From assembly GCA_964594455.1 (NCBI GenBank), contig CAZQLY010000001.1, positions 69,989 through 133,988 on the forward strand: a stretch of 64,000 nt of DNA. The letters are read 5' to 3'. Positions 1 through 9,476 of this stretch are shown here, in pieces; the first letter of the stretch is position 1; each line of letters begins with the position of its first letter. The notes beneath the pieces are model-generated. The model did not search any database. It saw only the letters and a program-made list of their open reading frames with translations, and was not told the DNA's origin. The translations under genes were made by a program, and so were the position numbers. Origin of the DNA: an uncultured Gammaproteobacteria bacterium. Lineage in GTDB: Bacteria > Patescibacteriota > Patescibacteriia > JAHIZJ01.

Positions 1-1
1 A

Positions 2-406
2 TATGTTGGCGATGAATATGAGGCTATGGCTGACCCTGAGGTATTTAATGCTTTGAAACAGGCGGCTGATGAATTAAGCTACAAATATTTTATCGGAACC
101 AATCGGACCCATGATTCTTTTTATGAACCGACGGGAAACTTTCTCAGATTAATGGATTTGCCGGCCTACAAAAAAGGTGAGTTAGTCAGCTCTGAGATGG
201 AGTGCTCGGCCGTGTTCACCGTGGCTAAATTACGAGAGGCAAAAGCCGCCACAGTTTTAGCCGTAAATACCACAGAGCCTTTGGAAGAAATAGCGGACAA
301 CCCTGATCTGGTTTATCAGCTGGAAGTTTCATCGGAAGCGGAGCAAGGTGTTGATGCAGCGATTTTGACTGCATTGCGGGCAGTAGAGATATTAAAGAAA
401 AAATAA
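2..406 (+). CDS. Nucleoside phosphorylase (uridine/purine phosphorylase family), 5'-truncated by the window edge
   Basis: Frame is open from base 2; motifs THDSFY and SSEMECSAVFTVAKLR are typical of PNP/UDP family 1. Confidence 0.8.
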   Translation, partial: YVGDEYEAMADPEVFNALKQAADELSYKYFIGTNRTHDSFYEPTGNFLRLMDLPAYKKGELVSSEMECSAVFTVAKLREAKAATVLAVNTTEPLEEIADNPDLVYQLEVSSEAEQGVDAAILTALRAVEILKKK

Positions 407-407
407 A

Positions 408-1532
408 ATGGAAATGCAAGATAAAGACAAATTAATACAGGAAAAGTTTGATAACCTAATTCAACCGGAGAATTTAGTCCAGCTTTGGACTGAAGAAAAA
501 AAGAAACGCTATCAACTTCTTTCCATTAGCTCGCTGGTGATAAATGTATTGGGTAGAGATTTGCCTAGGATAGAGGAGTGGTGCTTGGAGCAAGGGTTCG
601 ACGGCATGGAAATAAGGATTCAGGATTTTGTTGGTTTCAAAGAGGGTTTTGATTCTAGCTTATTGGAAAAGTTTAAACCCCAAGGGATTATCACGGTTCA
701 CTTGTCAGATTGGAGCAGCTGGATACCTTTATATAGAAATGATTCAAAAGCATTGCTGAAAACATTTTATAGCTCAGCCAATGTAATTAAGTATTTTGGT
801 GGCGAAAATCCGGATATTATAATTGATCGCCTGGATCGGGAATTGGATATAGCTGGTCGCTTGGGCGTAAAAGCTGCTACCTGGCACGCCAATCAGATAG
901 ATTACGATGATATACTCTTCGGAGAGAAACAGTATTCTGATCAAGAAATTATCGAGATAGTTTCAGAGTTCTCAGAAAAGCTCATTGGCAGGAATTCAGG
1001 TTATTCTCAAATCCTATCTTTGGAAAACGGCAGTGCCATTGATCGCGGTGTCAGAAGATTTAAAGACTTCAAAGAACTTTTTACCAATCCAGCGTTATCT
1101 GAGGTTGGGATAACATTTGACACGGCCCACATGACAGCGGTGTTATCACAAGAAGTTGGGAGCAAGGATAAGCCCATTGATCAGCAGATTTTTGAAGAGT
1201 TGCAAAGCAATCCAGATGCGCTCAAAAAGATTCGGGCCGTACACTTGTCTGATTCCATGACTACTTCCAGTTTTATTAAAGAAGCTAGCCCGGAACAGTT
1301 GAAAAAAGCTAAAGAGGATTTTTGGTACAAAAGAGAATTGGTGCGCGATGTGGTTGTTGATGACCACATCCCTATTGGCTTTGTTTTTCAAGCAGCCAAG
1401 CAAGTTTTAGAATTAGTGAGTTCGAATACCAAAAATAAGTTGTCTGTGGTTTGGGAACTAAGACCAGGTGATTTCGCAAGCCTAAAAAAATCAATAGATA
1501 TTCAAAAAGTAAATATTTTATATGAACAATAA
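408..1532 (+). CDS. Xylose isomerase-like / AP endonuclease 2 TIM-barrel protein
   Basis: Metal-binding motifs LSLEN, TFDTAH, VHLSD, DDHIPIG and VWE. Confidence 0.65.
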   Translation: MEMQDKDKLIQEKFDNLIQPENLVQLWTEEKKKRYQLLSISSLVINVLGRDLPRIEEWCLEQGFDGMEIRIQDFVGFKEGFDSSLLEKFKPQGIITVHLSDWSSWIPLYRNDSKALLKTFYSSANVIKYFGGENPDIIIDRLDRELDIAGRLGVKAATWHANQIDYDDILFGEKQYSDQEIIEIVSEFSEKLIGRNSGYSQILSLENGSAIDRGVRRFKDFKELFTNPALSEVGITFDTAHMTAVLSQEVGSKDKPIDQQIFEELQSNPDALKKIRAVHLSDSMTTSSFIKEASPEQLKKAKEDFWYKRELVRDVVVDDHIPIGFVFQAAKQVLELVSSNTKNKLSVVWELRPGDFASLKKSIDIQKVNILYEQ

Positions 1533-2274
1533 AATAATTAAAAAAGAAATTTTGTTTCTTGCGGCAACTCATGGTAATGAAAATTTTGCGATTAGTGTTT
1601 TAAAGAGAATAGATAAACAATCTAACATGATTGATTATGATTGGATTATTGTAAACGAAGAAGCATTAAAACAAAATAAGAGATTCGTTGAATCTGATAT
1701 GAACCGAATAGCCCCCGGAAACATCAAAGATATTAATTATGAAAATAGACGGGTTGCAGAAGTAATAAAGCTCAGTAAAAAATATAAATACACAATTGAT
1801 TTACATGGAACAGTTGCTAATACCGGTATTTTTATTATCATTACTAATCCTACACCTCAGAATATTGTCCTAGCCTTATCATTGCCGATCAAGCGTATTG
1901 TATTCTGGATTTCTGGCGATAAGAATGACCCAGGAGCAATCACTAAATTTGTAGACTGCGGTCTAGAGATTGAATGCGGACCTAAAGATTCGCCAGATAC
2001 AGCTGATAATTTACAATCTACTTTACAAGATATTATAAAAAGCAAATTAGAAATAATCCAGAAATCAATAAATTCAAAAGAATTCTTTCAGGTAACTGGC
2101 AAGCTAAAAAAAGAAGATATCGAGACAGAAGAGGTCGGGGAGTTACGAGAGTTTCAAAAGGTTGACATAAGTGGTGAATCGTTCTATCCTCTCTTGATTG
2201 GTCGATACGATGATCGTGTTTGTACCAAGCTGAAGCGTCTTGATTTCTGGGAACTATTCTCCTATAAATCGTAA
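1522..2274 (+). CDS. Succinylglutamate desuccinylase/aspartoacylase (M14-like Zn hydrolase)
   Basis: ATHGNE, DMNR, IDLH and EIECG motifs. Confidence 0.8.
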   Translation: MNNKIIKKEILFLAATHGNENFAISVLKRIDKQSNMIDYDWIIVNEEALKQNKRFVESDMNRIAPGNIKDINYENRRVAEVIKLSKKYKYTIDLHGTVANTGIFIIITNPTPQNIVLALSLPIKRIVFWISGDKNDPGAITKFVDCGLEIECGPKDSPDTADNLQSTLQDIIKSKLEIIQKSINSKEFFQVTGKLKKEDIETEEVGELREFQKVDISGESFYPLLIGRYDDRVCTKLKRLDFWELFSYKS

Positions 2275-2315
2275 GCCATTAGTTGATATAGGTTCTTTAA
2301 AATAGGAGGCCGAAA

Positions 2316-2870
2316 ATGGTCATTCGCAACCATGCTCCAAGTGAGGCAGAGTCTATTTGTCTGATATTCCAAAGTGCCTTTTCTGGACCGCCATGGAATG
2401 AGAGATTTTCTATGGCCGTTCTTCTAAAGCAATGGGCCGATCATTCACAGAAGCCAGGATTTAGATGCCTAGTTGCTGAGAATGAAGGCGAGTTGATTGG
2501 TGCAACATGGTGGGACACTCCCACTCTGGCACAACTGGAAACTGAGAGGGGCAAGGCTTTAGCGGCAATGAGTGCGGGGATGAACCCTGGAACTATTGTC
2601 TGGCTACGCGAGACTTGTGTTGACAGAAGCTTTCACAGAAGAGGTGTTGCCAGGAGACTCAAACAAGAGTCTTTGCGCGCCATTTCATGTTATCCCAAAC
2701 CCGTTCTTCTGTTGACCAGGATGAGAGACGATAATGCGGGAATTGTCCGGATCAACTCATCCATGGGTCTTAAGAGGACGAATATCACCACTCCTAGTAA
2801 GACATTTCCGGGAGTGGTACACGAGTATTGGTATCGTCTATTAGACGATGATGTCAGTAAAGGGGGTTGA
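2316..2870 (+). CDS. GNAT-family N-acetyltransferase
   Basis: Acetyl-CoA motif VDRSFHRRGVARRL; DN...SMGL; AGGAGG SD upstream. Confidence 0.75.
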   Translation: MVIRNHAPSEAESICLIFQSAFSGPPWNERFSMAVLLKQWADHSQKPGFRCLVAENEGELIGATWWDTPTLAQLETERGKALAAMSAGMNPGTIVWLRETCVDRSFHRRGVARRLKQESLRAISCYPKPVLLLTRMRDDNAGIVRINSSMGLKRTNITTPSKTFPGVVHEYWYRLLDDDVSKGG

Positions 2871-3796
2871 AAATGAGGCCATACGTTGTCACGGAGGATG
2901 TGGAGTTCCTGATGCAGTGCTGGGCCCGTGAGATGAACTTTCGTTGTCCTGAGAGTGCTTTTTTCCAAGCGCTCCAGAGTGAACTGTTCGATCATCTGCG
3001 GTCCATATTTCCAGAAGTCGTGAGTATCAGCCATGGAGACATGACTGAACAGCTGAGGCAAGCGATCGCTCGGGCTGAAAGCGGAATTGTTGTTTCGATT
3101 GACCGAGTCTACAATCAGGCGACGCACCGTCTCCAGAGTAATCGGATTGCTGATCTTAACAGCACGAACGTTATCGGTGAGGCGCCGCGTCCCGGTCATC
3201 CTTCACTGCAGGAGCAGATTAGCCTTTTACCGGCCGGCCCCTTAACCTTGGTGGATGACGGTTGCTTCTCTGGGGTAACCCTGAACAAGATTCACGATCT
3301 GCTAGTGACCGATGGGCACAGAGTGTGTTCAGTCATCGTGGGCGTGTTGATCGATCGTTCCAATAATGAGTTCTTGGCCAAACATCCGGACGTGAAGCTG
3401 ATCGCGCTTCAGGAATTTCCTGAGGCGATCGATTGGATCTGCGAGCGCGATTTCTTCATTGGTGTTCCCCTGTCTGGCCGGACCGGTGGGTATCGGGAAG
3501 GAAACGTGGTTACTGCCTGTGATCCTGAGGTAGCTTTGCCATACTGCATACCGTTCGGCGACCCAGTCAGCGGTGCGTCGATTCCGGCAGACCAGGCAAT
3601 CACTTTTTCCAAGAGGGTACTACAGCTCAGCCGACGGCTTTGGGAGGAAGTCGGCCGCGTGTCTGATCGGCCAGTGTTGTGTCGAGACATCCCGCGCCTG
3701 CCGCGTGGTGTATCTCGGGGCGATGAACCGTTTATTGATGCCCTGGACCAGGCTCTGCAGAAGTTGCGGACCAATGGTTCTGAGGCTAGGATGTGA
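2867..3796 (+). CDS. Phosphoribosyltransferase-like protein
   Basis: PRPP-binding loop LVDDGCFSGVTL; overlaps the GNAT stop; GC-rich. Confidence 0.6.
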   Translation: MKMRPYVVTEDVEFLMQCWAREMNFRCPESAFFQALQSELFDHLRSIFPEVVSISHGDMTEQLRQAIARAESGIVVSIDRVYNQATHRLQSNRIADLNSTNVIGEAPRPGHPSLQEQISLLPAGPLTLVDDGCFSGVTLNKIHDLLVTDGHRVCSVIVGVLIDRSNNEFLAKHPDVKLIALQEFPEAIDWICERDFFIGVPLSGRTGGYREGNVVTACDPEVALPYCIPFGDPVSGASIPADQAITFSKRVLQLSRRLWEEVGRVSDRPVLCRDIPRLPRGVSRGDEPFIDALDQALQKLRTNGSEARM

Positions 3797-3881
3797 GATT
3801 AATTCTTGCATCCTTTTTTTATTTGCTTTTTGGGCTGATAATAGATATAATTATCTTGATTTCATTATTGATATTAAACAC

Positions 3882-4382
3882 ATGAAAAAAACTTTATTTA
3901 TTACGCTGGGGTTGTTGTTAGTGGTCGTAATGGTTGGAGCTAGTTGCGGCCAAAAAGCGGCTGAAGAAAAGATTGAAAATGATATTGAGAGCGCAACCAA
4001 CGGTGACGCCGAAGTAGATTTGGATGATAACAGTGTCAAAGTAAACACCAACGAAGCGACTTTTGAGGCTGGCGAAAGCGTTGATTTGCCAGAAGATTTT
4101 CCATCAGATGTGTTTGTGATTGATGGCACTATCATCGCTGCAGTGACTGTTGAAGAGGGTGATTCCTATTCATTGAACATTCAAACTTCCAAATCAGTCT
4201 CTGACGCCAAAGCTGAATATGAAGAAGAACTAGAAGCTGACGGTTGGGATATAAATGTCTCGATGGATTTAGGCGGCAGTTCTACTATGTCGGCTGAAAA
4301 AGATGATCGGTTGACTACAATCACAATTAGCGAGGTGGATAGTGTCACCACAGTAATTCAGACGACCACTAAGAACGAATAA
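3882..4382 (+). CDS. Acidic lipoprotein, unknown function
   Basis: Signal peptide with lipobox MKKTLFITLGLLLVVVMVGASC; start corrected from the ORF-track 3573. Confidence 0.75.
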   Translation: MKKTLFITLGLLLVVVMVGASCGQKAAEEKIENDIESATNGDAEVDLDDNSVKVNTNEATFEAGESVDLPEDFPSDVFVIDGTIIAAVTVEEGDSYSLNIQTSKSVSDAKAEYEEELEADGWDINVSMDLGGSSTMSAEKDDRLTTITISEVDSVTTVIQTTTKNE

Positions 4383-4390
4383 CATAGTTA

Positions 4391-4852
4391 ATGAGTCAAT
4401 CAGAGGCAACATTGTATCGATCGCGCACCGACCGCATGGTGGGGGGAGTCTGCGGGGGTTTATCCAAATATTATAGCTTGGACCCGATTGTTACCAGACT
4501 GATTTTTGTGGTTCTGGCGTTGGTTGATGGAGTGGGTATACTTTTGTATTTGATTCTACTAGTCATAATCAAGGAAGAACCGGGTGAAAAAGTAGATGTC
4601 GACACAGGTGCAAAAACCAAAGAGTTTATTAATGAAGCTGGTAAAAGATCGCAAGAGGTGGCAAAAAACATAAAAACTAACCAATCTTGGATTGGAGATA
4701 AGCGAAATTTAATAGCCTTGTTGATAATCGTAGTCGGCATAGCCTTGCTATTGAAACAGCTATTTCCAGAAAGACTGGTGCATTGGGAATACGTTTGGCC
4801 CGGCATCTTAATAGTTTTTGGTTTTTATCTAATCACTCGTCATAATAAATAA
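4391..4852 (+). CDS. PspC domain protein with C-terminal LiaI/LiaF-like TM hairpin
   Basis: LYRSRTDRMVGGVCGGL...DPIVTRLIFV is the PspC signature; C-terminal WPGILIVFG. Confidence 0.85.
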   Translation: MSQSEATLYRSRTDRMVGGVCGGLSKYYSLDPIVTRLIFVVLALVDGVGILLYLILLVIIKEEPGEKVDVDTGAKTKEFINEAGKRSQEVAKNIKTNQSWIGDKRNLIALLIIVVGIALLLKQLFPERLVHWEYVWPGILIVFGFYLITRHNK

Positions 4853-4857
4853 TCCAC

Positions 4858-5877
4858 ATGGAAGAAGAAAAGAACCAAAGTACAGATAACACAAAAGATA
4901 TCCCCGAGGAACCGGAAGTTGTTGATTCACCGGAAAAGAAAGCAGAGCCCGAGGTTAAAGAAATCCACCATCATCACTACAAAGAAAAATCCGGTATTAG
5001 CTGGGGCCGAGTTTATCTGGGTATAATAATTATTCTCATCGGAGTATTCTATTTAGCCCAATCGATCGGCTGGCTAGAGAATGTGAGTTTTGACATCTGG
5101 CAGTTGTGGCCATTACTGATTGTAATAGTTGGGCTATCTATGTTGACGGGACGGGGTTGGGTTTCGGGTATAATTAGTTTAGTGGTTTTACTGGTGATAT
5201 TAGGAATTGTCGGACTGTTATTTATAACCAATTCGAATGTCGCTACTACGGAAACCCAGCTTAGTTTTGACATACAAGAAGGCGCTGAGTCGGCTGTATT
5301 AAAAATTGCTACCGGAGGAGGTGAGATAAATTTACAAGCTGGCTCAGAAGACATGACTAAATTAATCACGGGTCAGTCTGTGGCCTCATTTTTGGAACTG
5401 ACTCAAGATGATGATTTAGACGGCAGCGTGCAAACAATTTCTTTGACTGGTCAGACTAGGTGGGATGTGTTTGACTGGGGTAAGAATAACGAGCTGAATC
5501 TGGATCTAAATCGTAATTTGCCAATGAACATTGATATTGATAGCGGTGCTGTTAGTATGGACGTTGATTTAACCCAGGTTCAAGCTGAGAAAGTTGATAT
5601 TGATACGGGAGCCTCTTCGGTTGATTTAGCTATTGGCGATTTATCCGAAAACGTTTCGGTTAATATCGATGCTGGAGTTAGTTCAGTGGATATTACTCTA
5701 CCTGAGGGTTTCGCAGCGCGGATGGATGTCGATTCAGGATTAACCTCAAAGAATTTGGAAGGATTTAAAAAGGCGGATGATGATACCTACCAGACAGATA
5801 ATTATGGTGAAGCGGAAAAGAAAATAGAACTGGATCTTAGTTTAGGAGTAAGCAGTTTAAATATAGATTGGAAATAA
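4858..5877 (+). CDS. LiaF-like membrane protein with toast-rack beta-helix C-terminus
   Basis: N-terminal TMs with WQLWPLLIVIVG; repeated I-D-x-G-A-S-S-V-D beta repeats. Confidence 0.7.
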   Translation: MEEEKNQSTDNTKDIPEEPEVVDSPEKKAEPEVKEIHHHHYKEKSGISWGRVYLGIIIILIGVFYLAQSIGWLENVSFDIWQLWPLLIVIVGLSMLTGRGWVSGIISLVVLLVILGIVGLLFITNSNVATTETQLSFDIQEGAESAVLKIATGGGEINLQAGSEDMTKLITGQSVASFLELTQDDDLDGSVQTISLTGQTRWDVFDWGKNNELNLDLNRNLPMNIDIDSGAVSMDVDLTQVQAEKVDIDTGASSVDLAIGDLSENVSVNIDAGVSSVDITLPEGFAARMDVDSGLTSKNLEGFKKADDDTYQTDNYGEAEKKIELDLSLGVSSLNIDWK

Positions 5878-5924
5878 TTTCGTTTGAACAGTCTGCTGAA
5901 AATTAAGCCGATTTGGAGTTGGTT

Positions 5925-6557
5925 ATGATAAAAAACGTAATCTTTGATTGGTCCGGAGTTTTGGATGATAATTTAATGACTCAGTATTGTGCCAGTATGG
6001 AAGTACTTAAGTCATGTGGTGTTAAGCGTATTTCTTTAAAAGAATATCGTGAAGAGTTTGATTTACCTTACATGGTGTTTTATCGAAAATATAGTCCTGG
6101 TATTACCAAGAAGCATCAGGATGAAGTCTTTAAAAAGGCCTTTCCTAAATGCCCAAAATCAAAATTATATCCTGGAATGAAAGCCCTTCTTAAGAGGTGT
6201 GAGAGTTCGGATAAAAAAATATATTTGGTTACATCGGATCATAAAGTGTATCTAGATAATCTTTTAAAGAAATACGGTATCAGCCGAATGTTTGCAGATA
6301 TTAAGTACAGCGTTCACAATAAATATAGCTGTATAAATAATATAATAAAAAAGGAAAAGCTGAATAAAACGCAAACAATATTTATTGGTGATACCCTAAA
6401 TGAGGTTGCTGTCAGTAAAAAACTTAGTATTAAATCAGCTGGCGTGACTTGGGGCATTTGCAGCTATCGTAAACTCAGACAAGCTAAACCGGATTATATT
6501 TTTCAAAACATAAAAAATATGAATAAAGTAATTTTTTCTGAAAATGAGCCCAAATGA
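5925..6557 (+). CDS. HAD-superfamily hydrolase (phosphoglycolate phosphatase-like)
   Basis: IFDWSGVL motif I, VTS motif II, FIGD and GVTWG. Confidence 0.85.
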   Translation: MIKNVIFDWSGVLDDNLMTQYCASMEVLKSCGVKRISLKEYREEFDLPYMVFYRKYSPGITKKHQDEVFKKAFPKCPKSKLYPGMKALLKRCESSDKKIYLVTSDHKVYLDNLLKKYGISRMFADIKYSVHNKYSCINNIIKKEKLNKTQTIFIGDTLNEVAVSKKLSIKSAGVTWGICSYRKLRQAKPDYIFQNIKNMNKVIFSENEPK

Positions 6558-7554
6558 ATATCTAGCCGATCGGCTAAAAAAAAGTGCTCAGACAATAGAC
6601 AGCAAAAAAGTTCTGAAGAATGAAGAATTAAAGGAGTTCATTTTTAAGACCTTAATGTCCAAGAAATTCCGCAAGTGGGGCGTTGGTGATGAATATACCC
6701 AAGAAGTCAAAGACTCTGCTAAATATGTAGTGGAGAAAGACATACCACTTAACACTACTTGGTTTTTTGGCGGTTACAAGCTCTGGAGTCTGCCTAGTAG
6801 TCCCGAAGCAGATTGGGCGGAGTTTTTTGCAATTAGCTATCTGCTCAGATATATTGCTCCGATTGCCCAGGCCCATCAGCCTGGAGTGGCGATGACGTTT
6901 TGGGCGGCCCATCCTTCGATTATGAAACGCCAGAGCAATATTCCTGAAGAAGAGTGCCGAACTTATCATGAGTCATTTAGAAAGTTAATTGCTGAGTTTC
7001 AGCCTCATCTTCCAGCCAATATTAAATTAGAGTTGAGAGGTTTTGATGAGCTTTATCCGGACGAAAAAGAGTATACCGACGAGCTGGAACCTTTAATAAA
7101 AGAGGTGGAAAAAGAATATGAAGCCTGGCCTCAGGACCGAAAGGATAAAAAAAGAGCCACTTCAGTGTTAAATATTCAGTGGAACGGAGCAGAAGATTTG
7201 GAAAAACTCTCAGTATCTGAAAAAGAAGCAAGAATAAAAAACGGTCCAATAGTGCACGATGGATATTGCCGTCTTTCTAAAATCAACCAGGTCATCCGCG
7301 GTTTGGGAAAGATAGATTTAACAGCTACACCTTTACCAAAAAGAAATTCCATTACCGTTGGTACAACTTCCTCATCCGTTGCTAAATTCTGGGCTGGTGT
7401 TGGTGTTTTGGAAAGAAAAGGCGATTCATTCTCAGATCGTATCTTGTCGCCTAAGCAATTTCAGCAAAAAAAAGATGCACAGCATGAGGTTGTACCATCA
7501 AATTTGATCAAACAAAAAAACTTCCAAAAAATCTGGATATTCCCCGAGTCTTAA
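6544..7554 (+). CDS. Hypothetical protein, distant resemblance to Dit1/PvcA isocyanide synthase fold
   Basis: 336-aa ORF coupled to the HAD gene; FGGYK...PEADWAE...I...HQPG spacing recalls PvcA AFPxK...PDxAE...I...YxPG. Confidence 0.55.
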   Translation: MSPNEYLADRLKKSAQTIDSKKVLKNEELKEFIFKTLMSKKFRKWGVGDEYTQEVKDSAKYVVEKDIPLNTTWFFGGYKLWSLPSSPEADWAEFFAISYLLRYIAPIAQAHQPGVAMTFWAAHPSIMKRQSNIPEEECRTYHESFRKLIAEFQPHLPANIKLELRGFDELYPDEKEYTDELEPLIKEVEKEYEAWPQDRKDKKRATSVLNIQWNGAEDLEKLSVSEKEARIKNGPIVHDGYCRLSKINQVIRGLGKIDLTATPLPKRNSITVGTTSSSVAKFWAGVGVLERKGDSFSDRILSPKQFQQKKDAQHEVVPSNLIKQKNFQKIWIFPES

Positions 7555-7560
7555 GATAAA

Positions 7561-8847
7561 CTAGTTTTCTCTCAGATAACCCCAAGTGTGAAGCTTATCG
7601 CTGTCTTCATACCAGCGATCACCAATATCTTTGCGGTAGTACATATTGGGTATTAAAACGTTTTCTATTCTATGGTAGACTTGTTGCTGAGCCTGTTTTA
7701 GCGTTGGTCCTGTGCCGACCACAGCTAAGGCTAAACCAGCCGTACCGGTTACAATCCATTGTTCGTTTATTCTTTTAACATCATGTATGTGTACGCCCTC
7801 GATGCTTTTAGGGTTTTTGAAAACAATGGTGGCGCCTTTGGAGTAGGAATCAAAAGTCTTTTTATCTCGGAAGGGGTAGGGCGGAACTACCAGACGAACT
7901 CCAACCTGAAAACCTTTTTTGACTTTCAATTGGGGATCTCGTCCGTTTGCTAAATCATAGAGAAATTTGCCAATCGGTGTAATCATGCCTTCTTGCTGTA
8001 TGCTTATAGTCGGATAGCCAAAGCGGGCTGTAAATTCCAAGGGATATATGCCATTTCCGTTAACAATACAGTTCAGATCCATATAGCCGACGTAATTGTT
8101 GTCAGCCAATGTCGTTTCCAGCTTCTTCAGTGTTTGATTGAAAAGTCGGTTGGGGCTGCTCCAAAACATGCTAGTACCCATTTCACCGGTAGCCGGCCCG
8201 AGGTTGCCTGGAAAAAGCTTCTTATGCTCGAAGTTAATGTTAATCGGATATATAAAACTATGACCATTAAAGAAAGCCCCAACTGCTACTTCAACACCGC
8301 TTACCTTTTTTTGTAATTGGAATACTTTTAGTTGTTTATACCAAACCCGCTTATAGGCTTCGAGTACCCTTATTACATCGCTTCCGTCATCCTCCATACC
8401 TACGAAGAGTAAACGCTTGATGTTCTGAGCCTCACCGCTGGGCTTGATAACGTATTTATTAGGATTAGTTTTGACGTGATTCATGGCCGCGTCAAAATCT
8501 GTGAAGGTGTTGTAGGATAATATAGGAATGCCGTGTTTTTTCAACTCCTCCTGGCCAAACCCTCGATCATCTTCCAGCATATCTGTATATGACGATCCGC
8601 CGATTACGCTTTTTCCCATTTTTCTCAAAGATTCGGCTTTTTTGCCTTGCCCGAGTACATCATCAAATACAACCACATCAGCCCATTTAACAGACTTCTT
8701 CCAATTTTTAACTTTGGGCACAAAACCGTCGGCTATATCTGGCTCGTGTTTATTTTCGACACAATAACGAACCTCATGGCCTTCTTTATGAGTTTGCCAC
8801 GCAATGTCGCTGATCAGCCCGTCGGCTGATACAAAGAGAAATTTCAT
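7561..8847 (-). CDS. Phosphoribosylamine-glycine ligase (PurD/GARS)-like ATP-grasp protein
   Basis: YVIKPSG, EHKKLFPGNLGPATGEMG, LEFTARFG and YYRKDIG; lacks the GxGGREHA N-terminus; start at MKFLFVS. Confidence 0.75.
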   Translation of the reverse strand: MKFLFVSADGLISDIAWQTHKEGHEVRYCVENKHEPDIADGFVPKVKNWKKSVKWADVVVFDDVLGQGKKAESLRKMGKSVIGGSSYTDMLEDDRGFGQEELKKHGIPILSYNTFTDFDAAMNHVKTNPNKYVIKPSGEAQNIKRLLFVGMEDDGSDVIRVLEAYKRVWYKQLKVFQLQKKVSGVEVAVGAFFNGHSFIYPININFEHKKLFPGNLGPATGEMGTSMFWSSPNRLFNQTLKKLETTLADNNYVGYMDLNCIVNGNGIYPLEFTARFGYPTISIQQEGMITPIGKFLYDLANGRDPQLKVKKGFQVGVRLVVPPYPFRDKKTFDSYSKGATIVFKNPKSIEGVHIHDVKRINEQWIVTGTAGLALAVVGTGPTLKQAQQQVYHRIENVLIPNMYYRKDIGDRWYEDSDKLHTWGYLREN

Positions 8848-8983
8848 TTTTAGGATATGTGAATAATGATAGTTGTGAGAAAAGTATAGCACTAGTAGAT
8901 GTTTTTAGATAGTGTACGTTGAGCCAGTACGTTTTTTATATAAAAAAACCTCCCCAGAAAAATCAGGGAGGGAGTGGTGATCT

Positions 8984-9394
8984 TTACTTGCTTGCCAGGG
9001 CAAAGATCTCGACCAGAGCGCCCTTGGGCAGGCCCTTGACCTGGAAGGCGATACGGCAGGTTTCGGGCCGTTCACCCATCAAGCCGGACCAGACGGTGTT
9101 GATGGCAGCGTAGTTGCTCCGCCCCTCTTCGGTGTCATCGACCGGTTCGGTGGTCAGAATCAATGCCAGGGCTGTATCGCTGGTCTCATGGTCGCACTTG
9201 ATCAGGTGGCCGAGCGCGTTGGAAAGAGCTTCGTGGAACTGAGCGGGCAGGTCGCCGGGAGAAGCAATTTTTCCATCCTCGGTCAGATTGGGCAAGGTGC
9301 CTGAAGTGATGGAAAGGCCGTTCAGCTTCAACGCAGCCGAGAAGAGGCCAGCCAGAGGAAAATCACGCAGAGCTTCGGGGACTTGCTTGGACAT
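8984..9394 (-). CDS. RidA/YjgF family protein
   Basis: FSAA, SGTLP and CRIAFQVKGLPKGALVEI; GGAGG SD before ATG 9394; GC-rich. Confidence 0.8.
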   Translation of the reverse strand: MSKQVPEALRDFPLAGLFSAALKLNGLSITSGTLPNLTEDGKIASPGDLPAQFHEALSNALGHLIKCDHETSDTALALILTTEPVDDTEEGRSNYAAINTVWSGLMGERPETCRIAFQVKGLPKGALVEIFALASK

Positions 9395-9476
9395 TGGAAC
9401 CTCCATTGCTTCGTTTCCATACAACTATCAAAAAACCACTTTGGAAATCTTATAGCCAGGATGGTTATATGTCAAG

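Noticed and set aside
3573-3881. N-terminal extension of the lipoprotein ORF
   Set aside because: Overlaps the PRTase gene; the signal peptide starts at ATG 3882.
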